A stretch of 64,000 nucleotides of DNA. Source: Phyllobates terribilis (Eukaryota). The DNA is taken from contig NW_027362765.1 of NCBI RefSeq assembly GCF_046119375.1, positions 166,718,001 to 166,782,000 of the forward strand, in the 5' to 3' direction. Below, in pieces: positions 13,098 through 26,895 of this stretch. Positions within the stretch are counted from its first letter, which is position 1. Every line of letters begins with the position of its first letter. The position numbers and the translations under genes are program-made. The notes under the pieces were generated by a model, which saw only the letters and a program-made list of their open reading frames with translations, did no database searches and was not told the DNA's origin.

Positions 13098-13443
13098 CTG
13101 CTGTTGGGAATGTTCCCTGTATGGCTTCTATCTCCCCGATTTCAGTGCAGACCCCTTGTCCATGCATAAGGGTATGTAGGGGTCTTTCAGAACCTTTCGT
13201 AGGGTAACAGCGAAGCCCTGAGCCACATCGGGCAGTGTAGACCCCACATGGCATCCCTTTTTGGAGGGCACAGATGGCACAGCAACCGCACCCTGGTTCT
13301 CTCACCAGCTCCAGGCACCCAACAGGGTCCAGACAACGAATAAGCTTCTCCTGTGAGCAAGGGGGGCACTGTATGGCTTCATCAGCCCCTCCAAGAGATG
13401 CCAAAGAGATCACGATCAAGGCAAGGTGGCACTGCCCCAGCAT
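13098..13443 (-). CDS. igfbp4: Insulin-like growth factor-binding protein 4, exon 1 coding part (signal peptide and IGFBP N-terminal domain)
   Basis: [14 protein letters not shown]...[15 protein letters not shown]...[14 protein letters not shown]...[22 protein letters not shown] closely matches mammalian IGFBP4 exon 1 (GCGCCxxC motif). Phase-1 donor G|GTGAGA at 13098/13097. Confidence 0.95.
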
Positions 13444-13628
13444 TGTATTGTGTGTGGGCTAGCAGGTAAGGTTAAAGGTGAATGAGTGGGTATCGTTAGG
13501 GCTCAGCTGGCAGCCTGGTTAAGAGTTAGCACACTGGAACATGAAATGATGTAGTCTTAGCTGTGCTGCTCTCCATAGCAAGAATGAAGGGGACTGAGGT
13601 TTTACTGCACTGAGCAGATAGATGTGGA

Positions 13629-13635
13629 CTTTATA
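13629..13635 (-). promoter_or_regulatory. Putative igfbp4 TATA box
   Basis: TATAAAG on the minus strand ~190 bp upstream of the ATG, with a pyrimidine-rich tract (minus strand) further upstream. Confidence 0.6.
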
Positions 13636-15049
13636 CTGGCTGTAAGCCACTCCTATCTCGAGTCCCACTGCTCGAGGAAAGGGGGAGAGAGCGAGGACTG
13701 GGAATGAGAGAGGGACAGCATGAGATGTAGGAGAAAGGAGAGAGGTAGAAGATATTCATATGTAAAGAAAAAGCTGACAGCAAACATAACGCTTCATATA
13801 CAGGGCCCATAAACCCGATTCACACCCACAATGCTTTTTTTCCCAGGTTTTATTGTGTCTAGTCAAAATAATGAAAAGCATAACTATTCACGCCCTTAAT
13901 TAGGCAGCGGCACCTTTGGCAGCCTCGAGTCTATAAATAGATCGCCATCAGCTTTGCACGAGGATGCTGCAGTTTTTCATTCTAGACGAAATTATTACAC
14001 TGTTCAAAAGAAACAAGATTTAAAGGGTTTGTTCACTACCAGACAACCCATTATCAATGACTACGGGTGCAGCAAAAAGTAAAAAAATCTATATTCATCT
14101 CCAGGACCGATGCTGCTGCTCACTCTCAGCCCTCTGTCCCCTGCCCCTCCTGACACAGACAATGTCACGTAACCGCTGCAGCCAGTCAGCTGCCACTGAT
14201 AAGCTGTAGCCTTCATATTTTTAGTTAGATATAACAGTGATTACCAAACTGAAATGGGAGTAATAATACCTATCAAAAGCACATGGCAAAACGCAACAGC
14301 TACAACAAAATTTAGCATAGGGCATAGCCTATAATAGTACATTTTTTTGGCATTAATATTATAATATTTGTATAGGAACAATGTAACTTTGGTACCCTGT
14401 TGGTATCTCCACCGCAACAGGATACACAATAAGCCATCACAACCAAAAATATCAGTCCCGCATAGTTCAGTGGATAGCAATGGGATTCGGGAAGCACCAG
14501 TCGTTGAAGGGGTTCTCCAATAATGTGATAAAATGGTCCCCGTCATGTAATTCAAACTTCAGGCCATCCTAGTCACGTGTGAGGAGGACTAAGGCTGGAG
14601 AAACACAGCTCCCGAGACCTGTGTCTCAACTGACAGAGCAGCTGTATTGTAAACCCAGAGCTGAGTACTGCAGAAGGGCGATGACAAGAGAAGAAATAGA
14701 TCTTCTCCTCAGCTGAGTGCACACAGAGGACTGATGCTGGAGGCAGCTCTTGATTGCTTAGTCAGTCAAGGAAGAGATATTTCTACTGATGTCACAGCCC
14801 TGTTCTAGCAGCTTCTGTATGTGTGCAGCCTCGGTAATAGTACAGTTCTTCTTTCAATTGAGACACAGGTCTTGGGAGCTATGTTTCTTCAAACTACAGC
14901 AATCCATCCTGATTCATGATTAGGCTGGGCAGCCATTAGAATTATGTGATGGGAGCCATTTTATCACAGTCTTGGAGAACCTCTTCAATTTTCGTAAGGA
15001 TAAGGCAAACGGGATTAAAGAGGTTTTCCAGTTTTGAATACTGCATGCG

Positions 15050-16120
15050 AGGGTATCATATTGTGTGTCGGGGACAAAGTAGGGATTCTGTGTATGGGGA
15101 AATATACTGTGGGAGAACCATGCTGTGTGTAGGGAATGTACTGTGTGGGCATCATACTATGTGGGGGGGCTATCGGCGCATCATACTGGGTGGAAGGGTC
15201 TGTTGGAGGGAAGTCATAATACTGTGGGGGGGCCTCATACTTTGATGGTCCCCACATACATCCCACACACACACATATTGTGTGGGGGAACAAAGTAGGG
15301 ATATCATACTGTGTGGTGGAAATGGGGGCATCAGCTGTGTAGGAGAATCATAATGTTCTGGGGGAGACTGTCAGGGCATCATACTATTTGTGAGGGGACT
15401 AGTGGGTCATCATATCATGTGGGGGCATCATTCTGTGTATGGGGAAATGTACTGTGGGAGAACCATGCTGTGTGTGGGGAATGTACTGTGTGGGCATCAT
15501 ACCATGTGGGGGGCTATCGGCGCATCATACTGGGTGGAAGAGCCTGTTGGAGGGGGATCATGATACTGTGGGGGCCTCATACTCTGTGTGCGTGAGACGT
15601 ATGTGGGGACCACCATCATATTGTGTGGGGATTGTTTATTAGGCATCATACTGTGTGAGGGAGGCCAGGGGGGCATCATACTCTGATGGGCTGTTGTGGC
15701 ATAATAGTGTGGGTTGGGGAAATCATACTGTCTGGATGGGCAGTGGGGGCATAATACAGTGTGTGCAGCATCATTCTGTCTGTAATGGTAATGTAGTGGC
15801 GTCATTCTGAGTGATGAACACTGGGGGCCATATACAGTGCAGGAGGGGCTTGTATGGGTATTATACTGCATGTGGGGGCACTGTGGAAGTCTCATACTGT
15901 GTGGGGGCATGTGAGGGCATCATGCTGTATGTGGGGGTTTGTGGGGAGATCATACTATGTATGGGGTGCTGAGGGGGCCTTATACTGCTTGCAGTTGAAC
16001 GTGCTGTGCCAGTATCATACTATATGGGGGCACTGTGTAAGCATCACATTGTGTGCAAGAGGCTGTGGGACATCATACTGTGCATGGGGGATTCTACTGT
16101 GGTGCATCCTACTGTGGGAG
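15050..16120. repeat. Degenerate minisatellite (CATCATACTGTGTGGGGG-like units), probably a non-autonomous TE interior
   Basis: Dozens of GCATCATACT(G/A)TG units; a ~150 bp internal duplication (~15108 vs ~15455). Confidence 0.75.
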
Positions 16121-17719
16121 GTGGCATAAAACCAATAGATGGTGTAAATTTATCATGGAGCATGAGGTATGGTGTTAAAATTGGTGCATTTTAAGACAGT
16201 CTAGTCAAAGGGTCTAAATCAACATTGCATTGTTGCCAGTTTTTTATGTGAATACCTCTGAATTAGTAACTTTTTGATTTGCGACAGATTCATCAAAGAA
16301 TGCACGCTTATCTTAAAGTTGTCTTTTTTTGTTTAGTTAGTTTTCTGATTTTAATGTGGCTTTTCCAGATGTTTTAGATTGATCCATCAAATGTAACTTT
16401 TTAAAAAGTGGCAAAATTTGACTCAGATATACTCCAGTCCTCTCCTGGGGTGATTTAGGTGTGTCATATATTTTGGCTCAATTTGCAACATTTCATGAAA
16501 TGTGTGACTTTTTGATATTAAAAGTCACAAAACAGGTCAAAGACAGAAGAGAAGTGCTTTTTTATATGGCACAAATTTCAAGAAACGTGCACCATTTTGA
16601 AGAAAACCACAAAACAAAAAGGAAAAGTGAAATGCAAATCATGAATCAGAGCAAAAATCTGCACTGTCTAAATATTAGACATAATTAGTGAATCTGCCCC
16701 AAAGTTAATTTACAAATTGCATAATTTTATATATGCATTATACAATGAATTTCACTAATACTGTAAAAGTGACAGCTCTTGCTTTTATTTCCTAACCCAA
16801 AGTCAGGTTCCAAGGGACACCAAGATTCAATCAAGCAAGGTTTCATTCACACGTCAGTTTTTCACGTACGAGTTCTATCCGTGTTTTTACTTTTGAAGTC
16901 GTACCAATTATACTCTATGGAGCTGTTCACATGCTTGTGTCTTTGGAGGACCAAGTGGCGGGGGAGTATCTAGGGGGAACCAGGAGGGGCATTTGCTCCG
17001 AGCGTAGCCAACAGGGGGCATTGTTGAGTCGCTTATTGCAGCGGTTTGATGTGTCTCCCTGGGGACGGCATTTTGCTGCTCCCCTTGAAGTAGGATTCAA
17101 TCATACTCCGAGCTGGCTGTTAAACTGACAGCCAGCGCTGAGAGCATGTAACATGCTGGTTCCATGCACTCAATTGTGTCTTTCAGGCGCGAGTACAGTT
17201 GAAGCTCTTCCAGCACTTTCGGGGTCAAGGCAATGTTAGCAGTGTGATCTAGTCACCATAAGGGGGACAATGTGGCGGTCATAATTTGTGCAGAGAGCAT
17301 AATGTCTGGGACATTCTAATGACATTGTTATTTTTAAGGGCACCATTTCAGGGTGTGCAGCAGAAGACTGAAGAAGATGGAAGTCTGCAGAGACGAGCTG
17401 TGGATGTGAAAAGTCATCATGGTGTCTGGACTAGGTGGAGACGAACGTGATGAGAATGACTCCAATCAGAAAAGATGACACATTTAAGGTACCTGGATGT
17501 AAATGTTTATTTGTGCTACTGCCTGCGTCTCATCAGTACTGTGGCTTCTGTATAGTCCACAGTATGATGATGGCAGATAGCAACAACTCCCAGTATCTCC
17601 TTACCATTGTTAAGGATATACTGGAAATGGTAGGTTCATGTGAATTATATATGGGTCTGACCTGCCATTCCATTTGATTGTTTTACCAAGCTTGATGATG
17701 TATTCATGTAGTCATGTAT

Positions 17720-18265
17720 TATGATGGTTCTGGTAATATATTTCTGTACTGTTGGTGGTTCTGGTGTTGTATTTCTGGATTTGATTATGTATTCCAGTAC
17801 TGATGGTGGTTCTGGTGATATATTTCTGTACTGTTGATGGTTCTGGTGCTGTATTTATGTACTGATGGTGCTTCTGGCAATCTGGTGATATGTATTCATG
17901 TACTAATGGTGCTTCTGGTGTTATATTCCAGTACTGATGATGGTTCTCGTAACGTATTTCATTTACTGATGGTGGCTCTCGTGATGTATTTCTGTAATGA
18001 TGTGGATTCTGGTGATGTGCTTCTGTATTGATTGTGGTTCTGGGTCTGTATTATTGTACTAATAATGGTTGTGATATAGTATTTCTGTACTGTTGGTAGT
18101 TCTGGTGCTGCATTCCTGTAGTTATGATACTTCTGATAATGTTTTGATGTACTGATGTGGTTGTGATACTGTATTCCTGTACTGTTGATGGTTCAGGTGT
18201 TGTATTTCTGCACTGTTGGTAGTTCTGTTGCTGGATTCCTGTACTGTTGTTGATTCTGATCCTGT
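17720..18265. repeat. Degenerate minisatellite (GTATTTCTGTACTGTTGGTGGTTCTGGTG-like)
   Basis: Repeated GTACTG(A/T)TG...TTCTGGTG units. Confidence 0.7.
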
Positions 18266-21200
18266 ACACATGTAGCAATCCACAACTTTTCAGATAACGT
18301 GAAACATGGCTATGTTGATAAAGTATTGTCTTCTGACTAGTTAAGGGTTACTACATGTGTATCTATGTTTGGAGCATTAATTATAAAGTTAAGCACTGTT
18401 GTTTACCCAATCCTAATAACATGTAAAAACACATTGTCATGATTCGGCTCTGCTTGCTGGTTTCAGTGGTCATCACATGACCACTCATATGCGATTTTCA
18501 TACAGTCACGTGCGACTAGCTTCTCTCAATGAAGCAGGGGGTTTAATTTTTCACTAAACATTGAGAAAATTAGGGGGAGAAGCTAGTCACCACATGAGGT
18601 TGCCAAGCTCAATGTTTGCCCTGGGTGCAGGAAAATCTAGATTTGCCTCTGCCAAGTGGACCGCTATTGTTCTGAGTCACAAATCAAACTCGCCAATACA
18701 AGTCTATGGGTCGGTGAAAAAAAAGGGACAGCTCTCAGATATTAACCATATGCCTTCAGATTTTCACTGCCTGTTTGCTAGGAGAAGCTTGAAAAATCGC
18801 CAAAACACTGATGACATTTTGCATACAAGAAAAATTGCTGAAGTCTGAATGAGCCCTAAGGCTGAACTCAAACGTTTCTTATTTACTGTCCTTATACAGA
18901 CCACACAGCCTGGATTGACTGTGGATCTTCTAACCCGTGGTCAGTCCAGGCATTGTGATCCATATTCGGATCATGAAAATCAGATGTTTGAATTCAGCCT
19001 AAGTCTGCACAATGAGGATGATGGGATATGGATAGGATGGGGGTAGATGTCAGGCAGAGCTAATAGTAAGTGACCAGGCAGTGACCAGTTGTCAGAACAA
19101 ACAAAGCCGCTAAACTAATATACCTAACATGTGACAGGTAGGTGTCAGACAGCTACTTTCTGTTTCAGAAACTAATTGCAGGAAAAGTCTAGAGTAGAAA
19201 AAAATGAATTTTCAAGAAAAACACTGAACCCAGTTACTGCACAAAATGAGATCTATTTAGCTTTCCTGTTTGCTTAGAAGCAGCCTTTAAAGGGATTGTC
19301 CAGCTCCAACAAAAACCTAACAGTCAGGAACTTCCTGGAAGTGATGACATCCAGTTATTGAATCACGTGACCACTGAGGCCTGTGATTGGCTGCAGCGGT
19401 CAGGTGACTGAAATGGTGCATCATCAAAGCCCATCCAATGATCCAGAGTAAAGTCACCTAACTGCTACAGGCCTCAGCCAGGAATTGCAGACGTAAGAGG
19501 GATGGTTATAGATGACTTCTATACGGTTATATGAATAAGGGCTGAAGATGAAATCCGCAATTAATTCTGAAAAAAGAATTGACAAGATATGGATTCAAAA
19601 ATGCCAATTACATGTTTATATACATTTGGCAAATATACCTAACATGTAGATGAGATTTGTTAAAAATCATCTACTTAGCTAATCAGGTATTACATTTCAA
19701 TATTACCCATGCAAATCTATGGGTCGGTGAGAATCACTGACAGCACATGGATGACATCAGTGTACACTCCTTGTGCTGTCCGTGATTAACATTGCAATGG
19801 ATAGGAGAAGTTTTATAATTTATTTATTTTTCATTATTTACAGTATTTTACTGATTGTTAAACCTGATTCACTGACCAAACAGCGATGAAACTCAGATCC
19901 AAAACACTGTTGAACAACGGTCCTTATTTTTACATGCAATCAAAATCACGGACGTCTGAATGAGGCCTTAAGCTGCGGATGTGTCGCTGGCAAACCTACA
20001 GAAATGTTTCCCTCGTTTTTCAGTAGAGTAAATATATAGTAAAATGGTGTAATTTAAACTATAACTCATTCTGCAAAAAAGAAGCCATCAAGCGGCTACG
20101 AGGACAGAAATGTAAAAAGCTATGAAAAAAACAAAAAGCAATAGTGAATAAAAATGAAAAATTCCCTGGTCCTTGAGAAGTTAACAACTGGCCAATTGTC
20201 ATTACAAGAAGTAGCTCACTATTAGAGATGAGCAAACCCGAACTTAAAATCAATGATCACTGTTCTTAACATCATAGTGGAAAGCTATGGCACAGAGGTT
20301 TCTGTCGCATCTGGTCCCTTGTGTCTGAGGTGCCTGAAAAGTCACTGTGCCTCATAAGAAGACAACAGTATATTAAAAAGCACATGGTGGGTAGTGGGTC
20401 CTGTTACAGAATTTGAATTGGGGCTGAGGAGGTTTTGCCTTTAACAAGGAAGAACCCCTGCAAACAGTTGTAACTACTAAAATGATTTTTTTGTTTAAAT
20501 ACGATTTTTGTGTTATATGAATTTATTTTACAAATTGTTGGCAATGGATCACAATCTTCATAAAAAAAAAAAAGAAAAATCTTGTAATTTTCACACTGGG
20601 GCTTTTTTATCTCTCATTTCATATTGTTTCAGGAAACAACACATGTACATTAGGCACAATGATCTTACTTTGACCCTACATGTTGTATTGAAGCATCTAA
20701 TGAGTGTGTGCAAAGGTCATTGTGAAGTGTTTAAGGTTCAGCTGTAACACCGCCTATAGTGACTGGTGGATCCTGTGTTAACAGCTGTGTTTGTGTATAG
20801 ATGTGTTGTCCTGTCATTGTAATCCTGCAGATAAAGAAACTACTATAAACTTTTCCTGAAAGCACAGGAAGCAAAATGTCTCAGGGGCCAGTATGAAAAT
20901 TTCAAGATTACTATTTTTTTTTTTTTCTATAAACATTGTGATATTGAAGAAATTTTTTTTTTAAATTAGGTCATTTTCTGATGATAGCTTCCCTTTGTTC
21001 TTTTAGCAGCCAATCCTTTTGTTTTCCCTTGAAATAAGCCACCACTGGAGGAGCCTGGCAGTGGCTCTATCATAGTGAATATAGGAGCGCTCGGCTGAGC
21101 CTACCAATCCTGTTTAGGGGGGTAATGGCATAGATAGTTTTTGGGGGACCGTGAAGAATCTTGAGTGTAAAAGAACTTTTGACTAGGTTGTTGGGAACTG

Positions 21201-22786
21201 AGCGCCGATCAGTACCTTCATTCAGCAACAATAACGCTACCGATAAACCACATGGTTACGCCAGCGTCTAAAAGACGTCATGTGCACATAGGATTTTCAC
21301 TATGAATTTATAGGGCTTGCCAGTTGTCACATTCTGGAATAATATATGTTGTCAGAAAGGAAAACATTTCTGCTATTTTTTAAAAAAAAAATACAGCTTA
21401 CTGGCAAATATCGGGTTCTGGATTAGGCAAGATTGGCAGATGAACTGCGTTGATAGTGTGATTTTTATTTTAAAGGATGTGGATTTGGCAGAAGCCGGGT
21501 TCTGGACTTGAAGTTATTGCCAGTCAAATACCAGTTGCTGTAACTTGTCATTTTGCTCAGAGGTTACGGACTTATAAGATGATGTGTTGGTAGAAATGGA
21601 GGATTTTCTCTCTCAAATTACCAATAGATATTTAGGTTGTGGATTTTTTGCCACACAGGTTTTTCTTTTAAGTAGATTTTTACAGCTGTAAAATCCACAT
21701 CCAAAAACTGCATCAAGAAATCAAGTTTTTGAAGCGTCCTTTGTTGCTGCTTTTGTGCATAGGGCGTCCTTTCTACTCCAGTTAATTTAGGAGTCAAATT
21801 TGGAGCGTTTTTTTTTTCCTCTCAAGCAGAAACACATCAACAATTAACATATTGCTTCTCGTTTAGGATATGTTCACGCACCGTTTTTACACGGATTTTG
21901 GAGGTGTGTTGATTTTTTCATGAATTTTTTTTCTACATCGAAAAAGAAACAGTATGTCGATTTCTGAGGCATTTCTACTTGAAAAACATATGCAAATTTG
22001 ATTATGGGATAAAATGGAGCAGAAAAAACAACCCATACACAAAAACTGCATAAAAAAAACTTTAAAACTTTTAAAAAGTACTTTGACAGAAAAATCCATG
22101 TAAGAAAACAAATCTCAGTATGAACATATCCTAATTAGAGGGTAAGTGCAGAAAGCAGATATTTACATGAATAATGGAACAGAGTCTGCTTCTAAATCCA
22201 CATGAGAAACGCCTATAGTGCACACGGCGCTGTTTTTATTCCCTCAAACTATGTTTTCTCTGAAACACCAGGGCGTCCCTGAGCAAAACATATCTGGCTA
22301 CAATTGCACGGCCATGTTCTGATTCATACTGCCGTGGTTTGAGCTGCATGGATTTAAAGGCAACCTGACAGCTGATACATGCTGCACGGTCCCCGAGCAG
22401 CATGTATCAGCACTGGCTGCATAATCTCAGCCATATATGTTTACTTCTGAAACGCTGCGGCGTTTCATGGGAAAAATATAGTTTAATAGATACCTGGGAC
22501 CAAGGCACACGGGAGACTAGTTGGACAGCATGGATTGGACTGCATGTATCAGCTGTCAGGTTCACTTTAAATATAAGATCCTTTTAGATGTATTCGTCCA
22601 GACGTCCAAGGCACCTGAGGATTGGATGAAAAAACCTTAGCTTGTATTTAACCCAACCATAAAAAATGCATTGCAATGTTTTGGCCAAAATGGCCTTTGT
22701 CAAGCCAAAACTGGACTAAAATAAAACATAGCACATATATTAAATGCACATTCCCCTAAACATTATTTTCAGGACTAACTATTTTA

Positions 22787-22978
22787 GGCCACAGCCCCAC
22801 TATCAGTATTCGGTCAGTATTTTTTCTCAGGAGTGGGAGACAAAACCAGGTGAAGAACAATCAGAGAAAAGGTATAATAGAAACAAGTCACCAATTCTGT
22901 ATTTATCACCCACTCCTGGTTTTGGCTCCCACTCCTGAGAAAAAATACTGCCCGAAAACTGATAGTGGGGCTGCGGCC
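22787..22978. mobile_element. PIF/Harbinger-like MITE
   Basis: TTA duplication at 22784-86 and 22979-81. TIR GGCCACAGCCCCACTATCAG / CTGATAGTGGGGCTGCGGCC. Near-palindromic body. Confidence 0.8.
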
Positions 22979-23650
22979 TTACTCTGATTTCTTGATGCTT
23001 CTTTTAGATCTCCTGTGCATGAGCAGATAATCGTGCAGTCGTAACACACGACGAGAAAACTATGTCAGACAAGATGGGAAGAAGAGAAACAAAAAAATAA
23101 ATCCCCCACTGGTCACCAGTCCCGCAACCACAGCCCCCTACATCTAGTCTTCACACATTTTTGTTTGGCTCTTCAGTCTTCACTTATCACTGAATAGGCC
23201 TCAGTTGCCCAAGGCCTTGTAATCACCTCAGACGACATGGTGCCATGACGTGCAGGACCCGTGGTGCTGTCTAGAGGCATGTCGTGACATCATGACATAA
23301 ATCGTGACTTCTGAGACCTACTTGATAGAAAATGTTAAAAACCCAAGAGGTCATTGGGGAGCTGCAGGGTTGAGCAGCGAGGAGAGGCTTTTGTTTTTTT
23401 ATGGCCTCCTACAATTCAGCGGAGATGGTGGCCACTATTTTGCTGAATTCAAACAAAGCGAATAACCAAAAATTATAACTGGAGTTATTGTAAAATTTGA
23501 GGGTAATCAAATTAGAGTCGCTCATCTCTAACATATATTATATATGCAGTATGTACACACACAATGGTATATACAGTGCAGTTTGTAGTCACAGCCATGA
23601 TATCTCAAGCCCCCCAGAGGTAATGATTATGATGCCGTCCTGTCTTACTA

Positions 23651-23654
<4 letters not shown>

Positions 23655-23688
<34 letters not shown>
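23655..23688. repeat. (AT)n microsatellite
   Basis: A run of roughly 15 AT dinucleotides. Confidence 0.9.
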
Positions 23689-23691
<3 letters not shown>

Positions 23692-24163
23692 ACTGTAACA
23701 CTGCTGTTATTATAGTACACATATAGGTAGGTCAGAGCATGCTGGGAAGTGTACTGTCTTACAGCTGGAGAGCCACAGGTTGGATAGCAATGCACTACAC
23801 AAATATGTATTAGGAATTTTTCATAAGCAGATAAGAATTAATGTGGTTTTATGCAATATCCGGACATAGTTGCCACATGGCAAGCAGCGCTAGAGCATAA
23901 CCGAACAGATACAGGCAGCATCTGGACTTCAGCAATGGCGTCCCGTTTATTAATATCGGCCGGATATTCAGATTTTCAGTCTTGCATATTGCAGGGTTTG
24001 CGAGGTCGGTGTATTTCTCATTTGTTATATTGGTTGAAGTAGATCGCGAGCTGCACGACTCATATACTGATCACTGCTGCCTCCTAGTGGATTTTTCTTG
24101 AAAAGAGGAGTTCAAACATTTCTCATATCTATTGCATCTGTTTAGAGCTCTAGAAAATATTAA

Positions 24164-24481
24164 AGGGGTCGTCCACATTTTTTTTTTACTTAAAGGAATT
24201 TTCCAGATTTGGAAAAAAAAAACACCTGTTTCTTGGCTGCAAAAAAAAAAAATAAAAATGTTTACTCACCCTCTCCGGGTCCAATAAGTGAGCTCAGTGG
24301 CACATCTTGTCAGCTCGGCAAAGCCACTGAGCTCAGTGACAGCAACCAAATAACAGAGACTGGGGCAGCGGCAGAGATACTGCGCCAGACCACGGGAGGG
24401 TAAGGAAAGAATAATTTGGTTTTTTTTTTTTACAACAAACTGTACATATCAGGAAAAGTTTTTTGAAATAGGACAACCCTT
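24164..24481. mobile_element. TTAA-flanked MITE (Kolobok/T2-like)
   Basis: TTAA|AGGGGTCGTCC ... GGACAACCCTT|TTAA. Confidence 0.7.
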
Positions 24482-24728
24482 TTAAGCTGAAGACGTTAAG
24501 GTGCCAATAATATAAATAAATTCAGGACATTTAAGCCATGCCCATGGAATGTCCCCAATGTCGCGGTGTCCTAGTAAGTGGTAGGCATGCCAAAAGTGAA
24601 CACTGTCCTGGTAAGGCTGCCGTGGGAGTCTGAACTGGACACCGGACCAGGGCAGAGAGAATCTATTTGCGCGTTAGCATGGAAGCGTCATATCTCCCAT
24701 GTGTCTCCAGCAATCAGTCCATCTAATG

Positions 24729-25216
24729 CACACATGTCAAACTTGGGCCTGTGGGCCAAATTTGGCCCTTAATGCCATATGGAGGACTATGTGGGGCCAT
24801 TATTCTGTATGGAGGGCTACGTGTGGCCAATTATACTGTGTGGAGGGTTGTTTGGGGATCACAGTTGGGGCCTCATACTGTGTTGGGGTCACCATACTTT
24901 GCCAGGCAAGTTGAGGGGAGGGGTACAGTAGGGTCATCATACCATATGTGTGGAGGAATTCACTGTAGGGGTATCATACTGTGTTTGGGGGGAGCACTAC
25001 TGTTGGCATCATACTTTATGGGGCCAATGAAAGGGCAATCTAGAGGCTTCAATAGGAGGAAAATTACTATGTAAGGGCTGCAAAGTTGTGAGATATGCCC
25101 CTTTGTGACCCCACCGAATATTACAATTTTTTTTTAAAATAAATATCAAGGTTGGCCCGCGACTTTGTCCAAGTTTTTAATTTTGGCCCTCTGTGTATTT
25201 GAGTTTGACATGCCTG
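24729..25216. mobile_element. hAT-type MITE with minisatellite interior
   Basis: Perfect 8-bp TSD ATCTAATG (24721-28, 25217-24). TIR CACACATGTCAAACT / AGTTTGACATGCCTG. Confidence 0.85.
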
Positions 25217-26340
25217 ATCTAATGTAACTATATAGGTTGTTGGCACGCCTTTACTTCACTTTGTGGTATTAATTAGATTTTTCTAAACATTGTCCCACTA
25301 ATCCACTGCAAGCAAGACCATGTTTGTCAAATTTAAAGAAAGTCATGACATTTAGTATATGTCCACACCAGATTTATAGCCTCCGCTTGACATTTACATC
25401 GGGAAAAGCTTTTGATGTGTATGTTAAATGTAGGAGGCCTATGATCCTGCTCATGCTGTTCTCTGCTGTGCATTCAGGTCTTCTTCTGTGGCTTCTATTT
25501 GAAATCCGTGAAACAGGAAAATTCTGCCGTGTCCTTGTGCACATCTGAAAACAATGCCATCACGAAGTGCAAACACTGCCCAAAGTTTCTGGACTCCATT
25601 GGCTTTATTTAATTCTATCGTTCTCTCTGGAGCATTTCTTAATCCCATTTTATGGGGATTCAGATGGTACCTCCGAATTTAGAAATGAGCAGTCAGCAAA
25701 ACAAAGCATGAACAGGCCCTAACAGTGACATCTGTCATGCATATACTTCAATGTAAATAAAAAAAAGCCATTTAACGAATACCTTTTATAGGATCTTATC
25801 TTTTATTCCATGCATTTTTTGCAGTATACTGACATATTACATATCACATAAAAGTCTTCCACTCTGAATGGTTTTTTGGCTTTGATCTTGCAATAGACCC
25901 CAATGGATGCGTTTAGCAAGTACATCAGGAGCTTTCTCTACATAAATGCTAAATATAGAGCAAAAACATGTGGTGGACAGTCACATCGCCCAAGATTGTA
26001 ATAACCCGCCAGGAGGGCATTCCATATATAACCTTAGGCTGATATATATATTCAATTATGCAGAAGTTTTATTGCAAATCAGATCTCTCTATAAGCTAGG
26101 AGATGTCTCATTGTCAGTTGCTAATCCTTGGGATGGATCCATGGGGGTAGAATGTTGTATCTCATGATGTCTTAGAACGTCAAAAGTCTCAGTCAAAGTG
26201 TACTCTTCATCTTCAGACCTGCATACTTTGCTCCATATTTGGCCTGTGATTGTTTGGGTGGGTGGCCTTTATGTTGCTCCCCATCATGATGACATTGGGC
26301 CTCTGGATTATTGATTCTCATTATAGAGGACATTATCGCC

Positions 26341-26895
26341 TCATCGCTCATTTTCCTTTGCCATCTTGCACATTTTCTCCAGAGCCTCATGAACACCTTC
26401 TCCGGTGACTCCCGAGCAGCCACACACGTCCCATCTCCCAGAAGGAAAATTGTGAAGTTTAAGATGATGCACAAGTTCAGAAGGACTACAAGCGCCAGCC
26501 AGATCCTGCTTATTGGCCAGTACAATAAATGGTAAGTCCTGTGAGTCCATACATACCGCATGGAAGAGTTCTTCATGGGCATCATAAAATCTCTCGGTGT
26601 CCTTACTGTCCACTACAAACATAAAGCCTTGGCACATTTCCAAAAAATGTCTTTTCAAGGGCCCACCTTTGGCTCCTAGACTAACGTCCCATACTACAAG
26701 TGATAGGTCCTGAAAGATGTCCAAGGTCTCAACATTGTAACTAACAGTTGGAATGGTTTCCACAGCTTCTTTGTGCTTCAATCTGTACAGTATTGTAGTT
26801 TTGCCACTTCCATCAGGTCCAATCATTACAATGGTAGCCTTCCTGAGCTGTGTCCTGCCACACAGCCCCTGTACTCGGCTCACCAGGGTGCCCAT
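26341..26895 (-). CDS. Atypical single-exon ARF-like small GTPase (ARF-C), 184 aa from MGTLVS
   Basis: MGxxxS myristoylation consensus; G1 GPDGSGKT; G2 IPTVSYNV; G3 altered (WDVSLGAKGGPLK); G4 NKQD; G5 CSG. No internal stops or introns. The ORF track's upstream ATG at 26934 is less likely because it would bury the myristoylated Gly2. Confidence 0.8.
   Translation of the reverse strand: MGTLVSRVQGLCGRTQLRKATIVMIGPDGSGKTTILYRLKHKEAVETIPTVSYNVETLDIFQDLSLVVWDVSLGAKGGPLKRHFLEMCQGFMFVVDSKDTERFYDAHEELFHAVCMDSQDLPFIVLANKQDLAGACSPSELVHHLKLHNFPSGRWDVCGCSGVTGEGVHEALEKMCKMAKENER

Noticed and set aside
14946-16194. Many Gly/Cys/His/Tyr-rich ORFs here and at 30520-31069, 33292-33674 and 51762-52926
   Set aside because: Translations of minisatellites inside non-autonomous TEs.
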